From: Octopus bimaculoides
Taxonomy: Eukaryota
Direction of reading: 5' to 3'
DNA: 63,656 nucleotides
Assembly (NCBI RefSeq): GCF_001194135.2
Contig: NC_068984.1
Coordinates: 142,222,027 to 142,285,682 of the forward strand
In this document: positions 14,766 through 27,798 of the stretch, in pieces
How the letters are laid out: every line of letters begins with the position of its first letter
How positions within the stretch are numbered: position 1 is the first letter of the stretch
The notes under the pieces: model-generated
Told to the model about the DNA's origin: nothing
Database searches by the model: none
What the model saw: the letters and a program-made list of their open reading frames with translations, nothing else
Made by a program: the position numbers and the translations under genes

Positions 14766-15189
14766 AACGTGCAATTATCGACAGTTTGCAGTGAATGAGC
14801 ATCGTAAAAACTGTATAACTGTCACAACTTGGTATGAGTAAAAGCAGAGAATATAAATAAAATGGAGTAATTTCTGAAGGCATTTAAAACATGATTAAAA
14901 GTTGATTTAAATTGCATGGCTACCTCAAGGAAATGCTGATGTGCAAATAGCAGCAGTTTGCAGTGAACGGGCATTGTAAAAACTGTTGTAGAAGACGAAA
15001 TGAAAGTAACATAACTACGTCGTGAAGAGTAATATCCTTTGATCGTTGGTATGTATTTACTTATGAGAGGGTTTTTTCGTCCCCTAGAGGCGGCATTATA
15101 CATGATGTGAAAAATTTGAATAGTCTATTATAATCTGTGGTACATAAGTGATGTATGTTCCCAACGTGAATGAAATCAGATGAAAACTT

Positions 15190-15289
<100 letters not shown>

Positions 15290-15542
15290 NNNNNNNNNNN
15301 NNNNNNNNNNNNNNNNNNNNNNNNNNNNNNNNNNNNNNNNNNNNNNNNNNNNNNNNNNNNNNNNNNNNNNNNNNNNNNNNNNNNNNNNNNNNNNNNNNNN
15401 NNNNNNNNNNNNNNNNNNNNNNNNNNNNNNNNNNNNNNNNNNNNNNNNNNNNNNNNNNNNNNNNNNNNNNNNNNNNNNNNNNNNNNNNNNNNNNNNNNNN
15501 NNNNNNNNNNNNNNNNNNNNNNNNATATATATACAAACATAA

Positions 15543-15628
15543 GGTGAGCTGGCAGAATCGTTAGGACGTCGGGTAAAATGCTTAACGGTATTTCACCCGT
15601 GTTTGTGCTCAGAGTTCAAATTCCGCCG
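15543..15628 (+). mobile_element. SINE family B 5' fragment
   Basis: GGTGAGCTGGCAGAATCGTTAG...GAGTTCAAATTCCGCCG. Confidence 0.8.
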
Positions 15629-15662
15629 TGTGTAGTGGTTAGCGATCTATACATACATATGA

Positions 15663-15707
<45 letters not shown>

Positions 15708-15726
15708 AACATAAATATATAAAAAC

Positions 15727-15758
<32 letters not shown>

Positions 15759-16353
15759 GTATGCATATACACACAGCCAAGTGCACATATGTACTGTATA
15801 AAAACAAAACCATTTCTTTTTATCCCTTTTTTCCTAAATAACAAAAGTGAAATAGTTTTACCACTGAACTAACATCAATAAATTCCATGACCTGATTACC
15901 CAGTGGTAAATGTTGTAGTCTAGTCTAGAACTGGGTTCCATCCGTATTAAATTACACTCAACCATCATCGCATTGATCCCGTACCATTCCACATGAATGT
16001 GGGACAAAATATATACTTTGAAATTTGGTAATAAATAAAAAAAAAAGAGGCGAATTCTCTATTTATCTAATGAACTAGAAAGAGAGCGAGCTATTACAGT
16101 AAAAAAATACCACTAGATCTACTATCGAAAAGAAAAAAAAATCAGACATTAAAAAATAGATGAGGCATGAAGACAGGGGGAGAGATCCTAGCAAGAAAAT
16201 ATTAAAACAATTGATCCGAGCAAAGACGATCTGGATTAAAAGGGAAATAAACCAAACGAGTGGACAGCTTCAAAGAGAAAACACAGATATTGGAAATGAA
16301 TAGAAAAACAACTTCTACTGAGAGAGTCGATAAAAAAATTCAATATGTGTGTG

Positions 16354-16400
<47 letters not shown>

Positions 16401-17101
16401 NNNNNNNNNNNNNNNNNNNNNNNNNNNNNNNNNNNNNNNNNNNNNNNNNNNNNNNNNNNNNNNNNNNNNNNNNNNNNNNNNNNNNNNNNNNNNNNNNNNN
16501 NNNNNNNNNNNNNNNNNNNNNNNNNNNNNNNNNNNNNNNNNNNNNNNNNNNNNNNNNNNNNNNNNNNNNNNNNNNNNNNNNNNNNNNNNNNNNNNNNNNN
16601 NNNNNNNNNNNNNNNNNNNNNNNNNNNNNNNNNNNNNNNNNNNNNNNNNNNNNNNNNNNNNNNNNNNNNNNNNNNNNNNNNNNNNNNNNNNNNNNNNNNN
16701 NNNNNNNNNNNNNNNNNNNNNNNNNNNNNNNNNNNNNNNNNNNNNNNNNNNNNNNNNNNNNNNNNNNNNNNNNNNNNNNNNNNNNNNNNNNNNNNNNNNN
16801 NNNNNNNNNNNNNNNNNNNNNNNNNNNNNNNNNNNNNNNNNNNNNNNNNNNNNNNNNNNNNNNNNNNNNNNNNNNNNNNNNNNNNNNNNNNNNNNNNNNN
16901 NNNNNNNNNNNNNNNNNNNNNNNNNNNNNNNNNNNNNNNNNNNNNNNNNNNNNNNNNNNNNNNNNNNNNNNNNNNNNNNNNNNNNNNNNNNNNNNNNNNN
17001 NNNNNNNNNNNNNNNNNNNNNNNNNNNNNNNNNNNNNNNNNNNNNNNNNNNNNNCACACACACACACACACACACACCCACACACATATGTATATATATA
17101 A

Positions 17102-17741
17102 CGTTCAGGACCAAAGAGAAGGAAACGATGATGGTCCTCTGGAGGACATTTGTCCTCAGCCGCATGGACTACTGCCCCAGCTTTTGTCACCCAAGTGTGT
17201 AAAATTAACAGCGGACCTTGAAGCAACCCAGCGAAGCTTCACAAAGAAGATCGTCTCGTTGCAACCGCTCAGCTACTGGGGAAGGCTGAAAGAGCTAAGA
17301 CTCTACTCCCTGGAGCAAAGGCGAGAGAGGTATGCAGTAATATACATCTGAAAGGTCCTGGAAGGAACTGTGTCAAATTTTGGAATTCAAAGCTACGCCA
17401 ATGATAGAACGGGTCGACACTGCACAATGCCAAAGATCCTAGCAATGCCATCGCGCTTCAAGACCAGTTACAGCAACAGCTTGGGTTTCAGGGGCCCACA
17501 GCTTTTTGATATTCTTCCAAAGAATTTGAGGGACCTACACAAAGTGAATGTAGGTGTTTTCAAATGAAAACCGCTCCTCTTCGTGTCAAGAGTCCCAGAG
17601 AGGTGCAAATGAGGGTAATAGCATCAAACTCCCTTATTCATCAAATGCCACATATTAGAAGAGGCTGTTAGTGATAACAGGTTAGCAAAACGGCGGTGCC
17701 CTAGCATGGCAACAGCTCTGAGCAGAAACTAAAAAAAAAAA
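17102..17741 (+). mobile_element. CR1/L2-group LINE 3' end (RT C-terminus, 3' UTR, poly-A)
   Basis: LWRTFVLSRMDYC, then LEATQRSFTKKI...LSYWGRLKELRLYSLEQRRERYAVIY and SLGFRGPQLFDILP; ends GAAACT-A11. Confidence 0.85.
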
Positions 17742-17744
17742 CAA

Positions 17745-17779
<35 letters not shown>

Positions 17780-18264
17780 NNNNNNNNNNNNNNNNNNNNN
17801 NNNNNNNNNNNNNNNNNNNNNNNNNNNNNNNNNNNNNNNNNNNNNNNNNNNNNNNNNNNNNNNNNNNNNNNNNNNNNNNNNNNNNNNNNNNNNNNNNNNN
17901 NNNNNNNNNNNNNNNNNNNNNNNNNNNNNNNNNNNNNNNNNNNNNNNNNNNNNNNNNNNNNNNNNNNNNNNNNNNNNNNNNNNNNNNNNNNNNNNNNNNN
18001 NNNNNNNNNNNNNNNNNNNNNNNNNNNNNNNNNNNNNNNNNNNNNNNNNNNNNNNNNNNNNNNNNNNNNNNNNNNNNNNNNNNNNNNNNNNNNNNNNNNN
18101 NNNNNNNNNNNNNNNNNNNNNNNNNNNNNNNNNNNNNNNNNNNNNNNNNNNNNNNNNNNNNNNNNNNNNNNNNNNNNNNNNNNNNNNNNNNNNNNNNNNN
18201 NNNNNNNNNNNNNNNNNNNNNNNNNNNNNNNNNNNNNNNNNNNNNNNNNNNNNNNNNNNNNNNN

Positions 18265-18313
<49 letters not shown>

Positions 18314-18860
18314 TGTCTTAAGGGCAGCTTCAGACAACTTTCGAATCGTCCGGCTTCTCCGTTTTTATGGTTCCATCATAACATCCTTTCCATAGGTCTT
18401 CCTCGCAATGTTTCGAGATGAACTGGTCGTAGATTATTTATTTAAATATCAGTAAAATTTTGACGGACACTGCTCTGTGCTGCTGTAGAACATTTGGAAA
18501 ACAATTTCCTCATAGAAGGACATACAATCAGTTAGAATCGAATGGAATGCGAAAACTTGCCCCTACAACATTATAAATATTATAACAAATGTATATCATT
18601 AACACCTGAAAAGACTTCTACAATTGATGCAATTACCAATTCTTAGTGTTAAACTATGCAACCAGTATATAACAATTATAATTGTGTAACAATAACGTTT
18701 AATAATTCACTTCAGAGGCTGAAATGAATAGACGTGTGGTTACTTAAGGGCATAACTATATTAATTTCTCAGTACCAAATTAAGAAGGGTTACCAAAATT
18801 GAAGTCCACTCGCCTGTATTATCATGCACGAACAAAATCATGCATCTATCCTTTAATACT

Positions 18861-19030
18861 GGTTTAGAATTTTGGCACAAGGATTGCAGTTTAGGGGTTG
18901 ATATAACTGGTACTTATATTAACGACCCCGAAAGGATGAAAGGTAAAGTCGACTTCGACGGAATTTGAACTCACAATGTAAAGGAGGACAAAAAGCTGCT
19001 AAGCGCTTTTGCCCACCGTGCTAACAGAAC
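18861..19030 (-). mobile_element. SINE family B
   Basis: Reverse complement of the family B box (CGACCCCGAAAGGATGAAAGGTAAAGTCGAC..GGAATTTGAACTC). Confidence 0.85.
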
Positions 19031-19044
19031 TATTCTTCAATAAT

Positions 19045-19248
19045 GGTTTCATATTATGACACAAGACCAACAATCTCGGGAGAGCATGTCAGTCGAAGGT
19101 ACTGACCCCAGTGTTCAACTGGACTATTTTGTCGGCACCGAAACAATAAAAAACATAAAAAGTCGACCTCGGTGGAATTTGAACTCAGAACGTAAAATGT
19201 CACTAAGCATTATGTTCGGGCGTACTAACGATCTTGCCAGCTCGCCGG
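19045..19248 (-). mobile_element. SINE family B (tandem with previous copy)
   Basis: AAGTCGACCTCGGTGGAATTTGAACTCAGAACGTAAA...TGCCAGCTCGCC. Confidence 0.85.
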
Positions 19249-19654
19249 CTTATAACTTTCTGGGTTGCCATAACAACATTGATTTGTTCGATGATCACAA
19301 CAAAATATAGTGGAAACACACGTAACTGTTCTTACCACGCACCAATTAGTCATATTTAAATACAGTCGACATCAGTTCTGTGGGGTGGTGCCATTTACAT
19401 AAAATTGCCAAATCTCTGTGACAAGGATTATTGCCAATTGGTTCATTGACTTTCTATGAAGCCAATAAGAAGTCTTTATTTGTATGACGAACTGTGCAAA
19501 TAAGAGGAAGAATCTTAGGGCAGCTCTTAAATATAAGATAATACTACTGTGATTACATACAAATACATCCCGGATCGTATCTTAATGAAGGTCGTCTGAT
19601 TAAATTGGCCTTGGCAGAAGCACCTTTCCCTCTTTTTCTCTCACAGAGATGTTA

Positions 19655-19695
<41 letters not shown>

Positions 19696-19717
19696 GTCAA
19701 GACATATATTTATATAT

Positions 19718-19771
<54 letters not shown>

Positions 19772-20253
19772 NNNNNNNNNNNNNNNNNNNNNNNNNNNNN
19801 NNNNNNNNNNNNNNNNNNNNNNNNNNNNNNNNNNNNNNNNNNNNNNNNNNNNNNNNNNNNNNNNNNNNNNNNNNNNNNNNNNNNNNNNNNNNNNNNNNNN
19901 NNNNNNNNNNNNNNNNNNNNNNNNNNNNNNNNNNNNNNNNNNNNNNNNNNNNNNNNNNNNNNNNNNNNNNNNNNNNNNNNNNNNNNNNNNNNNNNNNNNN
20001 NNNNNNNNNNNNNNNNNNNNNNNNNNNNNNNNNNNNNNNNNNNNNNNNNNNNNNNNNNNNNNNNNNNNNNNNNNNNNNNNNNNNNNNNNNNNNNNNNNNN
20101 NNNNNNNNNNNNNNNNNNNNNNNNNNNNNNNNNNNNNNNNGGCTGGTATGCATGGGTGACTGCTGGTCTTCCACAAACAACTTTACCCGGACTTGTGCCT
20201 CGGATAGTAACTTTCTAGGTGCAATCCCATAGTCATTCAGGACCGAAGCGGGG

Positions 20254-20308
<55 letters not shown>

Positions 20309-20915
20309 TATTTACTGATATATATGTGTGTTTGTGTGCATGTATGTGAGTGTGAGTCTCTGTGTATCTATGTGTGTGCCAATTATGCGGCTTATTACTT
20401 ATGATTTTGTTCTGCTATGAGTTTTCTTTCAGCTTAATCGATTTTACCAATTGTAATAAAAAAAATATTAAGGAAAAAATCTCTGCAGCCTGTGTAATGT
20501 AGAGATATACTAAATATTATCTAATATATTTGGCATATTAAATAGCAAGAAAAAATTTACTTAGTCAACACCAGTAAAGTATTCGAACTGTATCTAGATG
20601 CCGGATGTAGATGGCCGTCACGCCGTAAGCTTATCAAGATCCATACCGGATGCCATCAAACGGAAGTCCGCAACACGATGTCTCATTAGCGCCGTATCAC
20701 CCAAATGTACCGGAATTCTTTCTACCAGTCAGCTCCATCTGAAGAATGCCTTCGGGCATGATGCTTTCACAAACAAAGTATAAAATAGTTGCAGCTAATA
20801 GATGACAGACATCTTACTCTATCTATAATGTCAGGCATTTTTTTTTCTTTTTGCTTCGTTTGTAAAGTTAATTTGTATCTGGCTACATTTAGTAATACAT
20901 AGTTGATAATTAGGC

Positions 20916-20976
<61 letters not shown>

Positions 20977-21316
20977 NNNNNNNNNNNNNNNNNNNNNNNN
21001 NNNNNNNNNNNNNNNNNNNNNNNNNNNNNNNNNNNNNNNNNNNNNNNNNNNNNNNNNNNNNNNNNNNNNNNNNNNNNNNNNNNNNNNNNNNNNNNNNNNN
21101 NNNNNNNNNNNNNNNNNNNNNNNNNNNNNNNNNNNNNNNNNNNNNNNNNNNNNNNNNNNNNNNNNNNNNNNNNNNNNNNNNNNNNNNNNNNNNNNNNNNN
21201 NNNNNNNNNNNNNNNNNNNNNNNNNNNNNNNNNNNNNNNNNNNNNNNNNNNNNNNNNNNNNNNNNNNNNNNNNNNNNNNNNNNNNNNNNNNNNNNNNNNT
21301 ATTTACCGATCTATCA

Positions 21317-21363
<47 letters not shown>

Positions 21364-21383
21364 AACACACACACACCCACACA

Positions 21384-21424
<41 letters not shown>

Positions 21425-21440
21425 AGAACGAGAGATTAAA

Positions 21441-21760
21441 GGCGGCTTGTTTAGTGGTTAGAGTGTTCAGCTAACGATCGTTAGGTCGTGAGTTCGAATC
21501 CTGGCGCCGCGTTTTTTCCTTGAGCAAGGCACTTTAATTCACGTTGCTTTAGTGCACTTATCTGGCAAAAGTGAGTTGTACCGGTAATTACAAAGGGGCC
21601 AGCCTTATCACACTCTATGTCACGCTGAATCTTCCTAAGAACTACGTTAAGGGTACACATGTTTGTGGAGTTCTCAGCAACTTACATATTAATTTCACGA
21701 GCATGCTGTTCTGTTGATCGGACCAACTGGAACACCCATCGTCGTTACCGATGGAGTACC
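21441..21760 (+). mobile_element. tRNA-derived SINE with CORE-like box (separate family)
   Basis: A-box TTAGTGGTTAGAG, B-box GAGTTCGAATCC, then CTTGAGCAAGGCACTT resembling the MIR CORE motif CCTTGGGCAAGTCACTT. Confidence 0.7.
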
Positions 21761-21905
21761 AGTGATTAGCGTTGAGTGCGGTGTTAAAACTGAACGACAA
21801 TACCACAAATACTATCGCATTCGCCTGCAGAGTTCTTGTCATACTGACGTACAATGGTAAAGGCACACACACATCGTAGCAGGCCCCACGCCATATACAC
21901 ACACG

Positions 21906-21953
<48 letters not shown>

Positions 21954-22112
21954 AACACAAACAGGCACACGCACTTAGTCAGTCACAGACACACGCACAC
22001 ACGTATATACATTCACATATAAATATATTAATATGCATATATGTATATGTGTATACATGTTTGTGCGTGTGTGTACGTATGTATCTATATCTATATGTAT
22101 ATATGTACGTAC

Positions 22113-22176
<64 letters not shown>

Positions 22177-22989
22177 AAAATCTCCATACAAACATATTGA
22201 CACGTATATATACATACACATGCATGCGTACATACAGATAGACACGTATACATGCATGCATTCATAGATATCTATATACATACATACATGCATTCATACA
22301 CGCTGAAACATAGCATCTGTTCTAGACTAATGAATAAAAAAAATGGTTGAATACATGATTTAGACTGACAGAAATATAATAAATATTGGTAGAATTATTT
22401 GCCGAAACCAAACACTGCAGGAACTACAGAACCATATAGTGTCCACATCTTTCGTCTTTCAGTCTGTTCTTTATCTCAATTTGATCTTACGACCTTCCTT
22501 TATGTATTCCAACACACTCATCCAGCCACAGTTTCAAAATCCAGTCCGATCAGACATGATTTCATCTGGATTGTTAAAGCTAGACGTTGCTGTAATACAG
22601 AAGGCGTCTGTAAACTTACATAGAAAGTGTCCCATCAGAATTAGTTTGACATGGATTTTGTTCCTTCTATTGATAAGGTGCTGGTAGTGGGGAGACTGAG
22701 GTTGTCAGAGAGGAGAGCTGTAAAGGAGGTGGGGGTGGCGAAGTCTGTGATGGGACTGATGCTGAGGATGGAAGTGACAGCGAAAATTCTCTGGTGAACT
22801 GACTTACGTTCAGTTGAAATTTTCTGTGTATATAAATGATGGAAGAAAGAAGGCAGGAAAAGAGATAGGTGAATAGAGTGTGGGAATGTGTATGCGTGTG
22901 ATGTAGAGAACAGGAGTGAAGGTGCGTCTTGCCATATGCTTTTAAGTATGTGCACTTGAATATATCTTATGTAACTTGTTTTAGTTATT

Positions 22990-23180
22990 TAGCTGCGGCC
23001 ATGCTGGGGCGAAGCGCTTCGAAAACTTTTCTGAGACGAACGGATCGAAACGACGAGTTATTTCTAAAACCTGGAACTCATTTCATCAGTATCTTTTGAC
23101 ACATGCTAAGTTACAGGGACATAAACAAACCAACAACGCTTGTCAAGTGGTGATGGGGAATAAACACAGGCACGCACCTC
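22990..23180 (-). mobile_element. Old SINE family A-related 3' module
   Basis: GCTGCGGCCATGCTGGGGC (reverse complement of the tail) and GCTAAGTTACAGGGAC..CTTGTCAAG. Confidence 0.6.
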
Positions 23181-23664
23181 CTCCCATATATATATATGCA
23201 AAAATACACACACAGACATAAATATAGAGAGAAACTTGATTAAAGTGGTTATATAAAGAATCGAAGTATAACAAAGTGATGCACTTCACAATTATTGGCT
23301 AGACAGATTAACGCAAATCAGATAGGTAATCCATTATAATGTTCCTATCCCAATGTTAAATAGATTATGCACTTTTCAGAAGAAATTTGAATGCCCACTA
23401 GGAAATAAATGCCTGACCAAAAACGTTGATTTTAAATAAATATTTTAAAACTAATCTACATACTTTCATTCACGTAAGTTCCATTTCTAAATCATGATTA
23501 TGTAATCATTTTCATACATTTCGATGAACAGATAAAGCGAAAACAACTGTGTTCTCTGCAAAGGACTGGGACTTTAATGACAAAAATAATTATTATCTTC
23601 TATTGGAGCATCGCTAGTCACGCTAAAATTTATGCTAGTGATAGATATGGTTGCTCTCTCACTC

Positions 23665-23736
<72 letters not shown>
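23665..23736. repeat. (AAT)n microsatellite
   Basis: Direct reading of the sequence. Confidence 0.98.
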
Positions 23737-23737
<1 letters not shown>

Positions 23738-23855
23738 TGGCTGCGATGCATATGCCTGGTGTACTCTTATCAGACAGGTAGTCATGATAGGTATACTGAG
23801 CTTCTTATATTTGTATCCTAGTGTTACTTTGATGGCATGCACTGCTCTCTCACTC
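23737..23855 (+). mobile_element. Unclassified retroposon family C, 3' fragment
   Basis: Ends ACTTTGATGGCATGCACTGCTCTCTCACTC followed by (AAT)n; same end at 43559. Confidence 0.75.
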
Positions 23856-23894
<39 letters not shown>

Positions 23895-23898
<4 letters not shown>

Positions 23899-24278
23899 GC
23901 CTTCTAATTGATGTTTCAACTCTAAAAGAAATGGAAAAACTTTCAAAATACAAAGACCTGGAAATAGAGATAACTCGAATGTGGAATCTAAAAACAGAAA
24001 CAATTCCTATCATAGTAGGTGCCTTAGGTATAATAATAAAATATTCAGACAAATACATAACAAAAACACCAGGACTTACAAATATATATAACATACAGAA
24101 AATTGCACTACTGGGTACTGCACACATTCTACGCAAAACACTTTCAATACAGTAAACATAAGAGCACCACAGCAAACCACAGCACATACCCAAGGCGCAC
24201 AGAGCTGCGCTCGGTAGTGAAGTGAAAGCACGTTATAAAAATAAAACTACTGAATAATAATAATAATAATAGTAATAA
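23895..24278 (+). mobile_element. R4/Dong-clade non-LTR retrotransposon 3' end (restriction-like endonuclease, 3' UTR, TAA tail)
   Basis: KCLLIDVS..KEMEKLSKYKDLEIEITRMWNLKTETIPIIVGALG...IQKIALLGTAHILRKTL*; flanked by (AAT)n on both sides. Confidence 0.85.
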
Positions 24279-25034
24279 TTACTTCTGATTTAGGTACACG
24301 ACCAGTGTAAATGATGATATATAATTCTAAAAGCAAACAAAAGAGAAGATAAACTAAGAAAAGCAAATATATATAAATAAAATGAGAGGCTGAGTAAAAA
24401 GAAAGTCTCCCTTCGAGATGGAGAGAGTCTTGTGTGAGACATAAATATTATTTTCGGTTTACTTTCAAAAATAGAGGTAATTCTTGGTGTTAGGGTTAGA
24501 GAGAGATTTTTTTTTTTGGTATTTTCTGGTTCCCAACATTTGTTTCAATAAAATACATATATTCATAAAAACAGGAAATAAAAGAAAAAGACAGAAAAAA
24601 AATCATACTCAGTAAAAACACACGAAAAAAAAATCCTAAAGAACACAGAAATAAGATTAGATCGAAGGGAAAAGGAAAGAGAGTGGGGAAGAAAGAAAGG
24701 GGAAGCAAAGGCTGTTGCTGTTGTTGGTGGTGGTGATTAGGTGGTGGTGGAGGTGTTGTTGTTGTTGGTGGTGGTGGTGGCAGATAAAGACAGGAGATGA
24801 ATGCAAGAAAAAAAATTCTAGAAGACGTCGAATATATTGGATTTCATCCGGCTGTAGTTTCTAAGTGAAGGTGGCTCCATCTAGGCTAAAATTTATCTTA
24901 CGGCTAAAGCAGACATAAATATTCCAACGGGATTACGGATGGATGTACATATATGTATTTACCACACACGCACACACACACACATACATACTCACACACA
25001 TATACACATACACACACTCATGTATATGCTTATA

Positions 25035-25068
<34 letters not shown>

Positions 25069-25078
25069 NNNNNNNNNN

Positions 25079-25119
<41 letters not shown>

Positions 25120-26122
25120 ATAAACATTAAGGAATACGTATATATACATACATATGTGCACATACATAAACGTATAAACATTCTTATACGTATAAATACA
25201 TACAAGCACGAAACATACATATATACCTTCATATATACATATATATTTGAGTGTGTATATAAATATATATAAGTGTGTGTGTGTATATATATATATTTAA
25301 TATTATTCATATATATATATATATATAATATATTATATATATATATACTTATAGATACCTACATATGCTTATATATATGCATATATATATATATATATAT
25401 ATATANNNNNNNNNNNNNNNNNNNNNNNNNNNNNNNNNNNNNNNNNNNNNNNNNNNNNNNNNNNNNNNNNNNNNNNNNNNNNNNNNNNNNNNNNNNNNNN
25501 NNNNNNNNNNNNNNNNNNNNNNNNNNNNNNNNNNNNNNNNNNNNNNNNNNNNNNNNNNNNNNNNNNNNNNNNNNNNNNNNNNNNNNNNNNNNNNNNNNNN
25601 NNNNNNNNNNNNNNNNNNNNNNNNNNNNNNNNNNNNNNNNNNNNNNNNNNNNNNNNNNNNNNNNNNNNNNNNNNNNNNNNNNNNNNNNNNNNNNNNNNNN
25701 NNNNNNNNNNNNNNNNNNNNNNNNNNNNNNNNNNNNNNNNNNNNNNNNNNNNNNNNNNNNNNNNNNNNNNNNNNNNNNNNNNNNNNNNNNNNNNNNNNNN
25801 NNNNNNNNNNNNNNNNNNNNNNNNNNNNNNNNNNNNNNNNNNNNNNNNNNNNNNNNNNNNNNNNNNNNNNNNNNNNNNNNNNNNNNNNNNNNNNNNNNNN
25901 NNNNNNNNNNNNNNNNNNNNNNNNNNNNNNNNNNNNNNNNNNNNNNNNNNNNNNNNNNNNNNNNNNNNNNNNNNNNNNNNNNNNNNNNNNNNNNNNNNNN
26001 NNNNNNNNNNNNNNNNNNNNNNNNNNNNNNNNNNNNNNNNNNNNNNNNNNNNNNNNNNNNNNNNNNNNNNNNNNNNNNNNNCTTCAGTCTTCCTATACGT
26101 GTTTGTCGTGGCTGCTGTTGTG

Positions 26123-26133
26123 GTTGTTGTTGT

Positions 26134-26219
<86 letters not shown>

Positions 26220-26310
26220 CTACTACTACATTTCAACGTCACCGCTGCCATCACCTCGACGGTCACCACCATCATCGAGAGCATCATGATGATGATGATG
26301 ATCATCATCA
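26123..26310. repeat. Compound trinucleotide microsatellite (GTT/ACT/GCT/CAT)
   Basis: Direct reading. Confidence 0.95.
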
Positions 26311-27406
26311 TCGTCCCTATACATTAATTCCTTTTCCCTTCCTTCAATCTTTTCCCTACCCCCACCATACCTCACCCATTCTCTCCCACCTCCAGCTCTA
26401 TTGTCCTTCATCCAAACCATTCTTCCCTTTTATATTTCTTGGGTTTCGCGTGGTTTTTCTTTTTCCTTTCTTTTTGTCTCTGCTTTTCCTTTCCGTTTAT
26501 TTTCCTCGTTTTCTATCCTACCCTGACGTTTAAATCCTCTCCTTACAAGATTTAGGACTAGCAGAACCTCACTGCACGTTGTAAAAGGTTTTAACTTACA
26601 ATATATTACAACTTGTGCCTACAATTAAAGAAACCCTTTCACTCTCCCCTCTGCCTTCTCTCTAACCCCCGCTGTCCATCATTCTATTTCTGCTTCTTTC
26701 TCTCACTACTCCGACAACATTGTTGAACTACTCCGGTTTAACCCATAAAACACAGACTTTACATGACCATCACCGTGAGATGATGGCATGCCGTGGCTGC
26801 GTGCTGTCCGTGTCCCCTTGACAGTTGGAACACCGTCAATAACTTTACGTAATATCATATTGCTACGTTTAGCGAGTAAATGAGAGAGGGGATCAAATGA
26901 AGAGCAGGCCGGCGACTGAATAAATGGGAGCGCACGTTGCCGAGAGAGCGAGTTAACGAGAAAGCGACATACCAGGAGAGAGCGAATCCAAGAAAACAGA
27001 ATTTAACAGGGAGGGGCTATTGGGAGAACAAGTTCATAGGGGAACGAAATGCTGAAGGCGTGAGTTAACGGTGCAACGACAATAATGAATTAAAACCCAT
27101 CGAAGCCCTAAACACTTAAAAAGATTATGGTGCCTCCACATATATGTAATTCAAAATATAAACAATAATAAACCATAAAATAGTTCGTTGTTTTTTTTTT
27201 TTCAAAATGAAACAAAACTAATAGTAACATGGAAATTAATGCTTCTCTTTTCGTATACTTCCATTTCTTAAATATTTGAATAGTCTTCTCCTACTTAATC
27301 TATTTCGATACTTAGTAGAAACAAAGCATTCCGAATATTATCTTAGCAAGTTTAAAGTGATTTCTTTCGTGTCGTAAACCATTTACTCTTGCGGTGAATG
27401 GTTTAC

Positions 27407-27798
27407 GCAGGAGTGGCTGTGTGGTAAGTAGCTTGCTTACCAACCACATAATTCTGGGCTCAATCCCACTGCGTGGCACCTTGGGCAAGTGTCTTCTACG
27501 ATAGCCTCGGGCTGACCAATGCTTTGTGAGTGGATTTGGTAGACGGAAACTGAAAGAAGCTCGTCGTATATATGTATATATATATGGGTGCGTGTGTTTT
27601 TGTGTCTGTGTTTGTTCCTTCCAACATCGCTTGACAACCGATGCTGGTGTGTTTACGTCCCCGTAACTTAGCGGTTCGGCAAAAGAGACCGATAGAATAA
27701 GTACTAGGCTTACAAAGAATAAGTCCTGGGGTCGATTTGCTCGACTAAAGGCGGTGCTCCAGCATGGCCACAGTCAAATGACTGAAACAAGTAAAATA
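27407..27798 (+). mobile_element. SINE family A, full length (best-preserved copy)
   Basis: tRNA-like head, GGCACCTTGGGCAAGTGTC CORE-like box, (TA)/(TG) linker, 3' module ending GACTGAAACAAGTAAAA. Confidence 0.92.
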
